Source of the DNA: a plasmid
Sequence record: NZ_CP067423.1
Length of the DNA stretch: 64,000 nt
Reading direction: 5' to 3' (one strand)
Shown here: piece by piece, positions 9,607 through 18,774 of the stretch
Position numbering within the stretch: position 1 is the first letter of the stretch
How the letters are laid out: every line of letters begins with the position of its first letter
Made by a program: the position numbers and the translations under genes
Notes under the pieces: model-generated
Told to the model about the DNA's origin: nothing
The model's input: only the letters and a program-made list of their open reading frames with translations
Database searches by the model: none

Positions 9607-10257
9607 ATGCCCAATGCGGCGCTGGTATATCCCGATACGAAGCTCTTTATTGATGGCGAATGGCGTGAGGGTCGCGAATGCCGGACTATTCCGGTTATTG
9701 ATCCGGCGACCGAGGAGACGATCGGCTCGGTTGCACATACCGCGCGCCGGATCTCGACGCCGCGCTGGCCGCCGCCGATCGCGGCTTCAAACTCTGAAGC
9801 TCAACCTCGGCGTTTGATCGGTCTAAGCTGATGTGCAAGGCCGCCGGCTTGCTGCGAGAGCGCGGAGATCGCATCGCCTGGCTCCTGACGCGCGAGCAAG
9901 GCAAACCTTTGGCAGAGGCCAAGGGCGAAGTGATGGCGGCGCCGACATCATCGATTGGTTCGCTGAGGAGGCGCGCCGCACTTGCGGCCAGGTGATTCCG
10001 GCGCGCGCGCGAAGAGCCATGCAGATGACGCTCAAAGCTGCCGGTCGGTCCGGTGGCCGCGTTCACGCCCTGGAACTTCCCGTCAATCAAACAGTGCGCA
10101 AGCTCTCCGCGGCGCTCGCCGCCGGCTGCTCGATCATCGAAGGCGCCGGCACCGCCGCCGGCGGCGCCTGCCGAGCTCCTTGGCGCCTTCGTCGATGCCG
10201 GCGTGACCGCCGGGGGTCGTCACTCTGGTCTCTGGCGCGCCGGGGGAGATCTCCGAG
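9607..10257 (+). pseudogene. Aldehyde dehydrogenase pseudogene: several frameshifts, 3' end truncated by MITE copy B
   Basis: MPNAALVYPDTKLFIDGEWREGRECRTIPVIDPATEETIGSVAHTA..., then ALDH-like segments in shifting frames (...DLDAALAAADRGFKLW..., ...LLRERGDRIAWLLTREQGKPLAEAKGEV..., ...DIIDWFAEEARR..., ...[11 protein letters not shown]...). Only about 215 codons precede the MITE arm at 10258; a full ALDH is about 480 aa. Confidence 0.7.
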
Positions 10258-10451
10258 TGTGAAAATGCGCCGGCCAGTGACCCCGCGTCGAGCAGGATTT
10301 GTCGTGCTGATTTCATTGCGAAGATGAGTGTTGTCCTAGGGATCTCAGAAGGCACGATTGTGACCCTGCGAATCTCACAAAGAGCAGCTGTATCAAACTC
10401 TTGAATGTTCCAGTACCTAGGGTCACTGGCCGGCGCATTTTCGCAGCCGAT
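10258..10451. mobile_element. MITE-like palindromic intergenic element, copy B (~194 bp) with 23-bp perfect terminal inverted repeats
   Basis: Left arm gaaaatgcgccggccagtgaccc (10261-10283). Its reverse complement is at 10428-10450 (gggtcactggccggcgcattttc). The arm sequence differs from copy A, but both arms have changed together. Confidence 0.7.
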
Positions 10452-10560
10452 CGCCTAATCAGATTCACGCGCTCGAAGGCGCACTGAGTCAGTCGGTCTG
10501 GTCGGCATCGAGGTATCGTCCCTCGGTTCATTACGCTTCGGCACCTTGGGGTCGATTGCA

Positions 10561-11289
10561 CTATTTGGTAGTTTGTTCCGGCGCCGCGTGGAGAGTCTGC
10601 CATGTGGCCAGGGCTCGGGACAAGTGTCGGTCCATCATTCCCACTGCCAAATCGGTTCGACGAGCCTCAATGGCTTCAAGTATCTCACAATGATCGTCGT
10701 AAGCTTGCGTGCCCCGTGAGTAATCTGAAAAGTATATTATGCGACGCTGTTTTGAGAATTCATAAAATAATTTCACCGTGCGAAGCAGTACTCTATTCTG
10801 TGTTGAAGCGACGATTCCAAGATGGAACGCTTCATCCTCAGCCTCAATTGTCTTTTTGCTATCAATTGCAAGCTTCGTTTTGTAGAGGATTTCCCTCAGC
10901 CGATCTACGTCCTGATCCCGCCTTCTATCGCAGGAAATCCGTACGCCCTGCAGCTCCAGAATACTTCGCACTTCAAACACGTCCTTAGTCTCTTCAGGCT
11001 GAAACGGCAGGCCAGAAGACGCACGAAGAACGAGGGCCTCGATGCTACTTTCCTCAGAATTTCTAAGATAGATCCCAGAGTTAGGCCTTCGCTCAATCAC
11101 ACGCATCGACTCGAGAGCGGCCAAAGCCTCGCGAACCGCCCCGCGACTGACATTGAACCTGTCGGCAAAGTCACGTTCCGACGGCAATCGTTCGTTCGGC
11201 TCATAGCGACGCTCATCAATGAATGAGAGTATTTTCCCTACAACGTTCGGGACACCGGCAATCCTATCGCTTTCCGTCTTCTCAAGCAT
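10561..11289 (-). CDS. GntR-family transcriptional regulator, FadR subfamily (N-terminal wHTH plus FCD effector domain)
   Basis: MLEKTESDRIAGVPNVVGKILSFIDERRYEPNERLPSERDFADRFNVSRGAVREALAALESMRVIERRPNSGIYL..., then a helical FCD-like C-terminal region. About 50% GC, lower than the flanks. Confidence 0.8.
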   Translation of the reverse strand: MLEKTESDRIAGVPNVVGKILSFIDERRYEPNERLPSERDFADRFNVSRGAVREALAALESMRVIERRPNSGIYLRNSEESSIEALVLRASSGLPFQPEETKDVFEVRSILELQGVRISCDRRRDQDVDRLREILYKTKLAIDSKKTIEAEDEAFHLGIVASTQNRVLLRTVKLFYEFSKQRRIIYFSDYSRGTQAYDDHCEILEAIEARRTDLAVGMMDRHLSRALATWQTLHAAPEQTTK

Positions 11290-11409
11290 TTTTCGGTCTT
11301 TTTTCCAGCCGTCAGTCCATCCCAACCAGGTCCATCCCGATACGGAAGGGTCATAAATCATACGCGTTGCTTGGCAACTCGAACCCAAAGTACCAGTGAA
11401 ACCCTAGCC

Positions 11410-11431
11410 GGTCTACCAAATTGGTTAATCC
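11410..11431. promoter_or_regulatory. Operator-like palindrome ggtctaccaaattggttaatcc, ~120 bp upstream of the GntR gene
   Basis: Contains GGT-CT-ACC and ACCA-AAT-TGGT inverted half-sites, the FadR-subfamily operator style. Related CCAAATTGG motifs recur at 17224-17330, 28756-28785 and 31411-31446. Confidence 0.45.
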
Positions 11432-11616
11432 GGCTCCGCGCTGAAGCTGCCATATGCCCGATGGTTAAGCCACCCGTTCATTAAACTCCCCACGGCATGC
11501 CTTGCGCGTAGAGATGGCCAAGCGCGGCGCCCGGCCAACACCAAGCCGATGGCCTAGCCGTAAACGCCGTCCGCCGTTCAGGGCCTTCCTCTATCGCCAC
11601 CGCACCCTCGAGACGC

Positions 11617-11690
11617 AGGTCGAAACTACCTTGCTCTCGTCAAACTCATTTCAGCTAAAATCTAGATGCAATTCATGGGTCGGTGACCTA
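11617..11690 (+). repeat. Direct repeat, copy a (~70 bp), upstream flank of the ethD-like gene
   Basis: aactaccttgctctcgtcaaactcatttcagctaaaatctagatgcaattcatgggtcggtgacc aligns at about 80% identity with 12167-12240 (aactactttgctctcgtcaagcgcgcttcagccaaaatctggatgcgctctatgaaccggtgaag). Confidence 0.55.
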
Positions 11691-11738
11691 TAAATGCCCC
11701 CGGAACGCTCGGAGAGGCGTTCAGGTAGGAGCCCGACC

Positions 11739-12053
11739 ATGATCAAGATGAGCGTCTACTATCCGGCCCATGGCGGCTCGAAGTTCGACCACGATTACTA
11801 CTGTGCCAGCCACCTGCCACTGATCAGAGAACGAATGGGCGATGCCTGCCTGCGCTACGAGATCGAGAAGGGCCTAACGGGCCGCGAACCTGGAAGCGCG
11901 CCGGAGTTCGTCGCAGCGTGCCACATCTACTCACCGAGCCTGGGGACATTCCGGGAGGCGTTCGGCCCACACCGCGCGGAGATCGTCGCGGACGTCGCCA
12001 ACTATACGGACATCGCACCCATCGTGCAGATCAGCGAAATCGTTGGAGCGTAA
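11739..12053 (+). CDS. EthD-family (Dabb/antibiotic-biosynthesis-monooxygenase-like fold) small protein
   Basis: MIKMSVYYPAHGGSKFDHDYYCASHLPLIRERMGDACLRYEIEKGL..., about 104 aa, with an AGGAG RBS upstream of the ATG at 11739. Confidence 0.55.
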   Translation: MIKMSVYYPAHGGSKFDHDYYCASHLPLIRERMGDACLRYEIEKGLTGREPGSAPEFVAACHIYSPSLGTFREAFGPHRAEIVADVANYTDIAPIVQISEIVGA

Positions 12054-12166
12054 GGGCTTCGGTGCGTCAGGCTTGGCCGTTGTCCGGGATCGGCGTCGTG
12101 CTCGCCATGACCAGCTAACCGGTGCCGAACAGGTCCACGATCAGGAACGTGTCATTGCCATTCATG

Positions 12167-12240
12167 CGACAACTACTTTGCTCTCGTCAAGCGCGCTTCA
12201 GCCAAAATCTGGATGCGCTCTATGAACCGGTGAAGTAGAC
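12167..12240 (+). repeat. Direct repeat, copy b; downstream flank of the ethD-like gene
   Basis: See copy a. Together they bracket a ~480-bp segment holding only the ethD-like gene. Confidence 0.55.
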
Positions 12241-12555
12241 CGGCGCTGGCGAACGGTTCCAGAAAGCACCCGAAGCCTGCATCATTAACTCCATCTATCT
12301 TCGAAGTAGGGGTCAAAGTTCGGTCGTGCGGATACCCGCCGGGACCAGCGCCGCGTCGATCATTGCCATGACCATGTTCTGCGGGGCCTTGCCGATGTCG
12401 ATGACATGTCGGCGGTGTCTATAGTGAGGGTGAACATGCGTCTCTCTCCTCACCTGCGAAGAGTAGAGCGAAGGTGCAGCCCGCTCACCGACTTGAGGCC
12501 AGCCTGCCGCAAAGTTCATCGGCAAAACCCGCTTCCAAGCACATTCCGCACGCAA

Positions 12556-12580
12556 AAGCCGTTTCACGCTTTTGCTTGGA
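12556..12580 (-). terminator. Possible terminator hairpin downstream of glcG (gcaaaag-N10-cttttgc)
   Basis: 7-bp perfect stem immediately 3' of the glcG stop on the minus strand. No strong U-tract follows. Confidence 0.3.
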
Positions 12581-12587
12581 AATGGGG

Positions 12588-13019
12588 TTAGCCCTTGTCC
12601 GCGGCCAGGCCTACCTGTTCGACAGCGTGCGCCGCGCAGATTTCGTCGTTGTCCGATGTATCGCCGGAGATTCCGACAGCACCGAGGGTTTCGCCCGCTT
12701 CCCCGCGTATCAGGACACCACCGGGAACCGGCACGATCTTCCCGCCGGAAACGCCGGACAGGGCTTGGACAAAATGAACACGCTCGGCGGCGGCCGCGTT
12801 CAGCCAGCGGGAGCCCGAGCCGACCGCCAGCGCGCCATAGGCTTTGCCAAAGGCGATCTCGAAGCGGAGCATGGAAGAACCATCCTGCTTCTGGAATGCG
12901 ATGAGGTGGCCGCCTGCATCGAGCACCGCGACCGAGAGCGGCTTCAGGTTGAGCTCCCGCCCCCGATCCAGCGCGGATTCGATGATGCGATTGGCGACAT
13001 TCAACGTGATGGTATTCAT
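12588..13019 (-). CDS. glcG: GlcG/HbpS-like (DUF336) protein
   Basis: MNTITLNVANRIIESALDRGRELNLKPLSVAVLDAGGHLIAFQKQDGSSMLRFEIAFGKAYGALAVG...GGVLIRGEAGETLGAVGISGDTSDNDEICA, a typical DUF336 sequence. It lies 4 bp downstream of glcB. Confidence 0.75.
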   Translation of the reverse strand: MNTITLNVANRIIESALDRGRELNLKPLSVAVLDAGGHLIAFQKQDGSSMLRFEIAFGKAYGALAVGSGSRWLNAAAAERVHFVQALSGVSGGKIVPVPGGVLIRGEAGETLGAVGISGDTSDNDEICAAHAVEQVGLAADKG

Positions 13020-13023
13020 TGTT

Positions 13024-15216
13024 TTATCCCGTTCCGAGAACGTTCTCGCCTGCCCCACTGGCCTTCAGCTCCAACCGGCGGGCGTGCAGAACCGGCTCGG
13101 TATAGCCGTTCGGCTGGGCGCGGCCCTGCAGCACCAGATCACACGCGGCCTGGAAGGCGATCGAATTCTCGAAATCCGGGGCCATCGGCCGATAAAGCGG
13201 GTCGCCCTCGTTCTGCCGGTCGACGACCGCCGCCATGCGCTTCATCGTCTCCATCACCTGATCGCGCGTACAAACGCCATGATGCAGCCAATTGGCGATG
13301 TGCTGCGAGGAGATGCGCAGCGTGGCGCGATCCTCCATCAGGCCGACATCGTTGATGTCCGGCACTTTCGAGCAGCCGACACCCTGGTCGATCCAGCGCA
13401 CGACATAACCCAGGATGCCCTGGGCGTTGTTGTCGAGTTCCTTCTGGATCTCTTCGGGCGTCCAGTTCGGCCGCAGGGCGACGGGGATCGACAGGATGTC
13501 GTCGAGCTTGGCCTTCGGGCGGTTTTTGAAACCTTCCTGCACGGCGTGCACATCGACCTTGTGGTAGTGCGTCGCATGCAGCGTCGCGGCTGTCGGCGAC
13601 GGCACCCAGGCGGTGTTGGCGCCGGCCTTCGGGTGAGCGATCTTCTCAACCAGCATCGCCGCCATCAGGTCGGGCATCGCCCACATGCCCTTGCCGATCT
13701 GGGCATGACCGGCAAGCCCGCACTCCAGGCCGGTGTCGACATTCCACGCTTCATAGGCGGAAATCCACGCCGCCTGCTTCATGTCGCCCTTGCGGATCAT
13801 CGGGCCGGCTTCCATCGAGGTGTGGATCTCGTCGCCGGTGCGGTCGAGGAAGCCGGTGTTGATGAAGACGACGCGTTCGCGGGCTGCACGGATGCATTCC
13901 TTGAGGTTGACCGTGGTGCGGCGTTCCTCATCCATGATGCCCATCTTCAGCGTGTTGGGCTGCATGCCGAGCGCCTGTTCGACGCGGCCGAAAAGCTCGA
14001 CAGCGAACGACACCTCCTCCGGCCCGTGCATCTTCGGCTTGACGATATAGACCGAGCCTGTCCGCGAATTGGCGCGGCGGCCATTAGGGCCGACATCGTG
14101 CAGCGCGATCAGGCTGGTGATCATCGCGTCCATGATGCCTTCCGGAACCTCATTGCCGTCGCGGTCGAGGATCGCCGGGTTGGTCATCAGGTGGCCGACA
14201 TTGCGCACCAGCATCAGCGAGCGGCCGGGCAGAGTCAGTTTGCTTCCGTCGGGTGCCGTATAGTCGCGGTCAGGATTGAGCTTGCGCGTGAACGTCTTGC
14301 CGCTCTTCGAGACCTCTTCCTCTAAATCGCCCTTCATCAGGCCGAGCCAGTTGCGGTAGACGGCGACCTTATCCTCGGCGTCGACCGCGGCGACCGAGTC
14401 CTCGCAGTCCTGGATGGTGGTAATGGCCGATTCCAGAATAACGTCTGAAATTCCAGCCTCGTCTTGGCTTCCGATGACGTGTTGATCATCAAGGATGATT
14501 TCGATGTGAAGGCCGTTTCTCGATAAGAGCAACGAAGACGGATTGTCGACGTCACCTAGGTACCCCGCGAATTGTGAGGGATCGCGCAACCCACCCTCCG
14601 AGGAGCCCGTCATCAGTCGAAACTGACCATCTTTAATTTGAGAACTGGTCATGTTTGACCAGCTGTCTGTCTTCAACGGCACGCTGTCATCTAAGAATGC
14701 TCGCGCCCACGCGATGACTTTCTCGCCGCGCTTGGGATTGTAGCCATTGCCCTTTTCGGCGCCGTCGGTCTCGGGAATGGCATCGGTGCCGTAGAGTGCA
14801 TCATAGAGCGAACCCCAGCGCGCGTTGGCGGCATTCAGCGCATAACGGGCATTCATCACCGGCACGACGAGTTGCGGACCGGCGACGGTGGCGATCTCCG
14901 GATCGACGTTTTCGGTGGTGACCTTGAAATCCGGACCTTCGTCCAGCAGGTAGCCGATCTCCTTGAGGAAAGCCTTGTAGGCCGCCATGTCGGACGGCGC
15001 GCCATTTTCGCGATGCCAGGCGTCGATCTTCTCCTGAATCTCGTCGCGCTTTTCGAGCAGCGCCCGGTTCTTCGGAGCGAGGTCGCGAACGATCTTGGCG
15101 AAGCCGGCCCAGAACTCTGCGAGCTTGATGCCGGTGCCCGGCATCGCGCGCTTGTTGACGAAATCGTAGAGCCCGCGATCGACCTGCAACCCGCCGACTT
15201 CGATTCGATTTGCCAT
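13024..15216 (-). CDS. glcB: Malate synthase G
   Basis: About 730 aa from the internal Met ([71 protein letters not shown]...), collinear with GlcB/AceB-G through the C-terminus. A GGAG RBS sits upstream. The listed 844-aa ORF carries an in-frame 5' extension that is a glcD fragment. Confidence 0.9.
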   Translation of the reverse strand: MANRIEVGGLQVDRGLYDFVNKRAMPGTGIKLAEFWAGFAKIVRDLAPKNRALLEKRDEIQEKIDAWHRENGAPSDMAAYKAFLKEIGYLLDEGPDFKVTTENVDPEIATVAGPQLVVPVMNARYALNAANARWGSLYDALYGTDAIPETDGAEKGNGYNPKRGEKVIAWARAFLDDSVPLKTDSWSNMTSSQIKDGQFRLMTGSSEGGLRDPSQFAGYLGDVDNPSSLLLSRNGLHIEIILDDQHVIGSQDEAGISDVILESAITTIQDCEDSVAAVDAEDKVAVYRNWLGLMKGDLEEEVSKSGKTFTRKLNPDRDYTAPDGSKLTLPGRSLMLVRNVGHLMTNPAILDRDGNEVPEGIMDAMITSLIALHDVGPNGRRANSRTGSVYIVKPKMHGPEEVSFAVELFGRVEQALGMQPNTLKMGIMDEERRTTVNLKECIRAARERVVFINTGFLDRTGDEIHTSMEAGPMIRKGDMKQAAWISAYEAWNVDTGLECGLAGHAQIGKGMWAMPDLMAAMLVEKIAHPKAGANTAWVPSPTAATLHATHYHKVDVHAVQEGFKNRPKAKLDDILSIPVALRPNWTPEEIQKELDNNAQGILGYVVRWIDQGVGCSKVPDINDVGLMEDRATLRISSQHIANWLHHGVCTRDQVMETMKRMAAVVDRQNEGDPLYRPMAPDFENSIAFQAACDLVLQGRAQPNGYTEPVLHARRLELKASGAGENVLGTG

Positions 15217-15685
15217 GTCCAAAGCTCCGTTATGGCGCCCCCACAGGCGCGTATCGTTTCGCGGGTTCGGTGCATAGAAAAACCCTTCCACTTCCAGCTC
15301 TGCGCTGACGGAAAGGTTCGTGACGCCGGTCTGAACCCTGATGAATCGGTTTGCGGTATCAATCTCGCGAACATCCCGCACCACGCTATCGGCCGTCGGA
15401 AGTGCGCCGCCTGCCAACGATGTCTCCGCACCGCGCGGGATAACCGGAACCCGCAGATTGTGGCAAATTCTCATCGCCGCCGCTACCTCCTCGGTGGTGC
15501 GAGGCAGAACCACGGCGAGCAGCGGACATCGGTACGCCGTCAAACGCGTCGCATTCATATGCCTGGGTTTCCTCCGGGTCCGAGACGATCGCGTCCGCGG
15601 GCAGGACGGTACTCAACGCGGCGACGATCTCGGGCTTATGGGCGATGATCGCGGCGTCGGGAACGGGCATGGCGATGCTGGACAT
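15217..15685 (-). pseudogene. glcD: Glycolate oxidase FAD-binding subunit GlcD remnant: N-terminal ~160 codons with an internal frameshift, fused to the glcB start by deletion of the rest of glcD and of glcE/glcF
   Basis: Frame A reads [48 protein letters not shown]. Frame B reads [49 protein letters not shown]...[29 protein letters not shown]. Both are collinear with the GlcD N-terminal FAD-binding domain, which is then replaced by the glcB start. Confidence 0.7.
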
Positions 15686-15935
15686 TGGCTCAATTCCGTC
15701 TGACCGAAAGCAGTGAATAACCGGACGCTCCTTCGCGCTCGCCTTCATCGAAGGCACACGAGATGCGCAGGCTCGCGACAAGCAGACTCACGAGCATCAC
15801 AGCTATTTCCCGCGCGCCGCGCGAGAATCCGGAGCGAAGGGGAAGCGCGATATTCGCTGCGGCGGCTCGCCCGCGATGACCTTGGCGCGTCGAACGGCTG
15901 AGACCGAATCCGGAGCGCACGCAGCCGGCCCTGAA

Positions 15936-17153
15936 TCATCCGCAATAGATAATCTTGTCCTTCTCAAGTCGCGATATTTCATCGTCGCCGATGTTGAGGA
16001 TTGAATTGAGGATGTGCTTCGTATGCTCCCCAAGCATGGGGGGGCTGATGGTGTACTCAATTTCTGTCTGAGAGAATTTGATCGGATTGGCCACGAGCGG
16101 CACGGTCTTGCCCGTGGTGTGGGGAAGATTGATCTGCAATTCGCGATGGACGACCTGCGGATGCACGAATGCCTGGTCGAGTCGGTTGATCGATGCGCAT
16201 GGTACGCCGATGGGTTCGAGAAGCGCGATCCAGTGCTCGGTTGGTTCCTGGGCAAGGCGTTCGGCCACGATCGGGATCAGAGCGTCGCGGTTTTCCAAGC
16301 GATCCGTGTTTGTGGTGAAACGGGGGTCGTCGCAGAGCACTTGCAGCCGGGACGCCGTGCAGAACTTCCTGAACTGCTGGTCGTTCCCCACCGCAAGCAC
16401 GAATGATCCGTTGCTCGATTTGAACACCTGATAGGGCACGATGTTCGGATGGGCGTTTCCATATCGGCGCGGCGGCTTCCCCGTGGTCAGATAGTTCAAG
16501 TTCTGGTTGGCCAGAGCGGCAAGCTGGACATCAAGAAGCGCCATGTCGATATGCTGGCCCTCGCCCGTCCGCTCGCGATGCAACAACGCCGACAGCACAC
16601 CTGTTGCGCTATACATTCCAGTGAGGAGATCGGAAATCGGGACGCCGACCTTCTGAGGGCCGCCGCCGGGCTTGTCGTCCGCCTCGCCCGTGATGCTCAT
16701 CAGCCCGGATATGGCTTGGATGGCCATGTCGTATCCGGCTACGTTTTTCATCGGGCCGGTCTGGCCGTATCCCGTAATGGAGCAGTACACGATGTCCGGC
16801 TTTATGAGCCGGAGCGCTTCATAGTCTAGCCCATACCGTTTCATGTCGCCGACTTTATAGTTCTCTATGAGAACGTCGGTCTTCCTGACCAGAGATCGAA
16901 CGATGTCCGCGCCTGCTTGCGTGGCGATGTCCACGCAAATCGAGTGCTTGCCGCGATTGGCGCTCAGGAAGTAGGCACTCTCGGTTGTTCCATCAAGATG
17001 CGGTGGCCCCCAGTGGCGAGTGTCGTCGCCGGTGAACGGGCGTTCGATTTTCCAAACCGTCGCCCCTAGATCGGCCAAGAGCTGCCCGAGCCAAGGGCCC
17101 GCAAGAATCCTCGATAAATCGAGAATTTGGTATCCGCTTAACGGTCCTGCCAT
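15936..17153 (-). CDS. CoA-transferase family III (CaiB/BaiF/Frc-like)
   Basis: MAGPLSGYQILDLSRILAGPWLGQLLADLGATVWKIERP...GVPISDLLTGMYSATGVLSAL... Family-III fold along the whole 405 aa. Confidence 0.85.
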   Translation of the reverse strand: MAGPLSGYQILDLSRILAGPWLGQLLADLGATVWKIERPFTGDDTRHWGPPHLDGTTESAYFLSANRGKHSICVDIATQAGADIVRSLVRKTDVLIENYKVGDMKRYGLDYEALRLIKPDIVYCSITGYGQTGPMKNVAGYDMAIQAISGLMSITGEADDKPGGGPQKVGVPISDLLTGMYSATGVLSALLHRERTGEGQHIDMALLDVQLAALANQNLNYLTTGKPPRRYGNAHPNIVPYQVFKSSNGSFVLAVGNDQQFRKFCTASRLQVLCDDPRFTTNTDRLENRDALIPIVAERLAQEPTEHWIALLEPIGVPCASINRLDQAFVHPQVVHRELQINLPHTTGKTVPLVANPIKFSQTEIEYTISPPMLGEHTKHILNSILNIGDDEISRLEKDKIIYCG

Positions 17154-17223
17154 ATCAACAACCCACATTCGAGATTAATAGCTTCTTTACAGAAGCTGTG
17201 GGTAATGCGTAACTGGAGTTACC

Positions 17224-17246
17224 AGATTGGTCAATCCAATTTTGGC
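17224..17246. promoter_or_regulatory. Operator-like site cagattggtcaatccaattttgg in the divergent CoA-transferase/ABC promoter region; preceded by palindrome gtaactggagttac (17201-17214)
   Basis: TGGT-CAA-TCCA inverted half-sites. Member of the recurring CCAA(A)TTGG motif family. Confidence 0.4.
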
Positions 17247-17300
17247 GCCCACCCATCCGGGGCAATATCAAATCCACGTCGCAGACATTGACGAAACTGC

Positions 17301-17330
17301 GAATCTGGTCTATCCAAATTGGTCTACAAC
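17301..17330. promoter_or_regulatory. Operator-like site gaatctggtctatccaaattggtctacaac upstream of the ABC transporter operon
   Basis: TGGT-CTA-TCCA plus CCAAATTGG. The same motif is found upstream of the GntR gene (11410-11431). Confidence 0.45.
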
Positions 17331-17395
17331 AAGGCCGCCGGGAGGGCGGCCTGCGATGCCCGCACTGGGGATCACGTTTAGGGAGGTTTTGCTGC

Positions 17396-18514
17396 ATGGC
17401 GCGAATATCGCTCCAAAATGTCTCCAAGTCGTTTGGTGGCGACCAGGGCCCTTGGGCCGTTAATAAATTCTCCCTAGAGGTAGAAGACGGCGAGCTCGTT
17501 GTTTTTGTCGGTCCTTCGGGATGCGGAAAATCGACGACACTGCGGATGATCGCTGGCCTCGACGACACCACGTCGGGCACCATCACGATCGGCGGGCGGG
17601 ATGTCACCGGTCTGCCACCGAAAGATCGCAATGTTGCGATGGTCTTTCAGAACTATGCGCTGTATCCGCAGAAGTCGGTCTACGACAACATGGCGTTCGG
17701 CCTACGGGTGCGCGGTGAAGCGAAGCAGGAGATCGACCGGCGCGTGAGGGCTGCAGCGGCCAGCCTAGACCTCGAATCCCTGCTCCACCGCAAACCGCGA
17801 CAGCTGTCGGGCGGGCAGATGCAGCGTGTGGCACTCGGGCGTGCGCTCGTGCGGGACCCCGATGTTTTCCTTCTGGACGAGCCGCTTTCCAATCTGGATG
17901 CGAAGCTGCGCGTCAAGATGCGGGAAGAAATCGCGACGCTCCATGCCCGTCTCGGGGCAACGATGATCTTCGTGACACATGACCAGGTCGAAGCAATGAC
18001 GCTTGGAGACCGTATCGTGATCATGCGCGATGGCCTGATCCAACAGGCTGGGAAGCCTCTCGAACTCTACGATCGGCCTGCAAACACGTTCGTAGCCGGG
18101 TTTATCGGTTCGCCCGAAATGAACCTGATCGACGGGCAGTTGTCCGACGCAAGCGGGCGGCTCGAGGTGCGATCGGGAGACCTTTCGGTAGGCATACCAG
18201 AAAAGACCTTCGCCAGGAGCGGACAGAACGTGACGCTTGGAATCCGGCCCGAGCACCTCGTCATCTCTAACGGCTCGCCGCTTGAGATGACCGTGAACTT
18301 GGTCGAGCAGATCGGAGCGCAGACTTATCTCATGGGCACGCTGGCCGGCCATAAGATGCGTGCCGTCCTCCAGCGTCGTGATGAAATCCGCGCCGGTGAC
18401 AAACTCCCTATCGCCTTCCCGAGTGAGCGGCTTCACCTGTTCGACTCCATTAGCGGTGCGTCGCTGCGGATGGCGCAAACGGGCGGCAAAATCGGCGTAA
18501 TGGAAAATGCGTAA
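17396..18514 (+). CDS. ABC transporter ATP-binding protein (UgpC/MalK-type, with C-terminal TOBE/regulatory domain)
   Basis: MARISLQNVSKSF...GPSGCGKST (Walker A), LSGGQMQRVALGRAL (signature), FLLDEPLSNLD (Walker B), and a MalK-like C-terminal domain. Confidence 0.9.
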   Translation: MARISLQNVSKSFGGDQGPWAVNKFSLEVEDGELVVFVGPSGCGKSTTLRMIAGLDDTTSGTITIGGRDVTGLPPKDRNVAMVFQNYALYPQKSVYDNMAFGLRVRGEAKQEIDRRVRAAAASLDLESLLHRKPRQLSGGQMQRVALGRALVRDPDVFLLDEPLSNLDAKLRVKMREEIATLHARLGATMIFVTHDQVEAMTLGDRIVIMRDGLIQQAGKPLELYDRPANTFVAGFIGSPEMNLIDGQLSDASGRLEVRSGDLSVGIPEKTFARSGQNVTLGIRPEHLVISNGSPLEMTVNLVEQIGAQTYLMGTLAGHKMRAVLQRRDEIRAGDKLPIAFPSERLHLFDSISGASLRMAQTGGKIGVMENA

Positions 18515-18774
18515 TGGCCCCCTGCGAGAGCGGCGGGTCAGGCTGATACTGCGCCCCTGGACCGTGGAGGGCGTCACCGGACTTCAGTAGGAGCTCTGTG
18601 TCGCGTCCTAACGATAGCACCTCTGGAGCGTCATAAAGGAGGGTCAACGCTATACTCGATACCGGCGACGTTAATTCTTGGCATTTGGCTTGAACTGACA
18701 AGTTAACAAGGGAGGAGCAGGAAATGAGCATTTACATTCCAGGTAGAGTGAGAATGGCGGTAGGCTTGTCCGGC

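Noticed and set aside
12844-14325. 493-aa + ORF
   Set aside because: Antisense to malate synthase G; typical high-GC antisense ORF.
13024-15558. 844-aa minus-strand ORF as a single protein
   Set aside because: In-frame fusion artefact: a glcD fragment joined to glcB by a deletion. glcB was annotated from its own Met/RBS at 15216.
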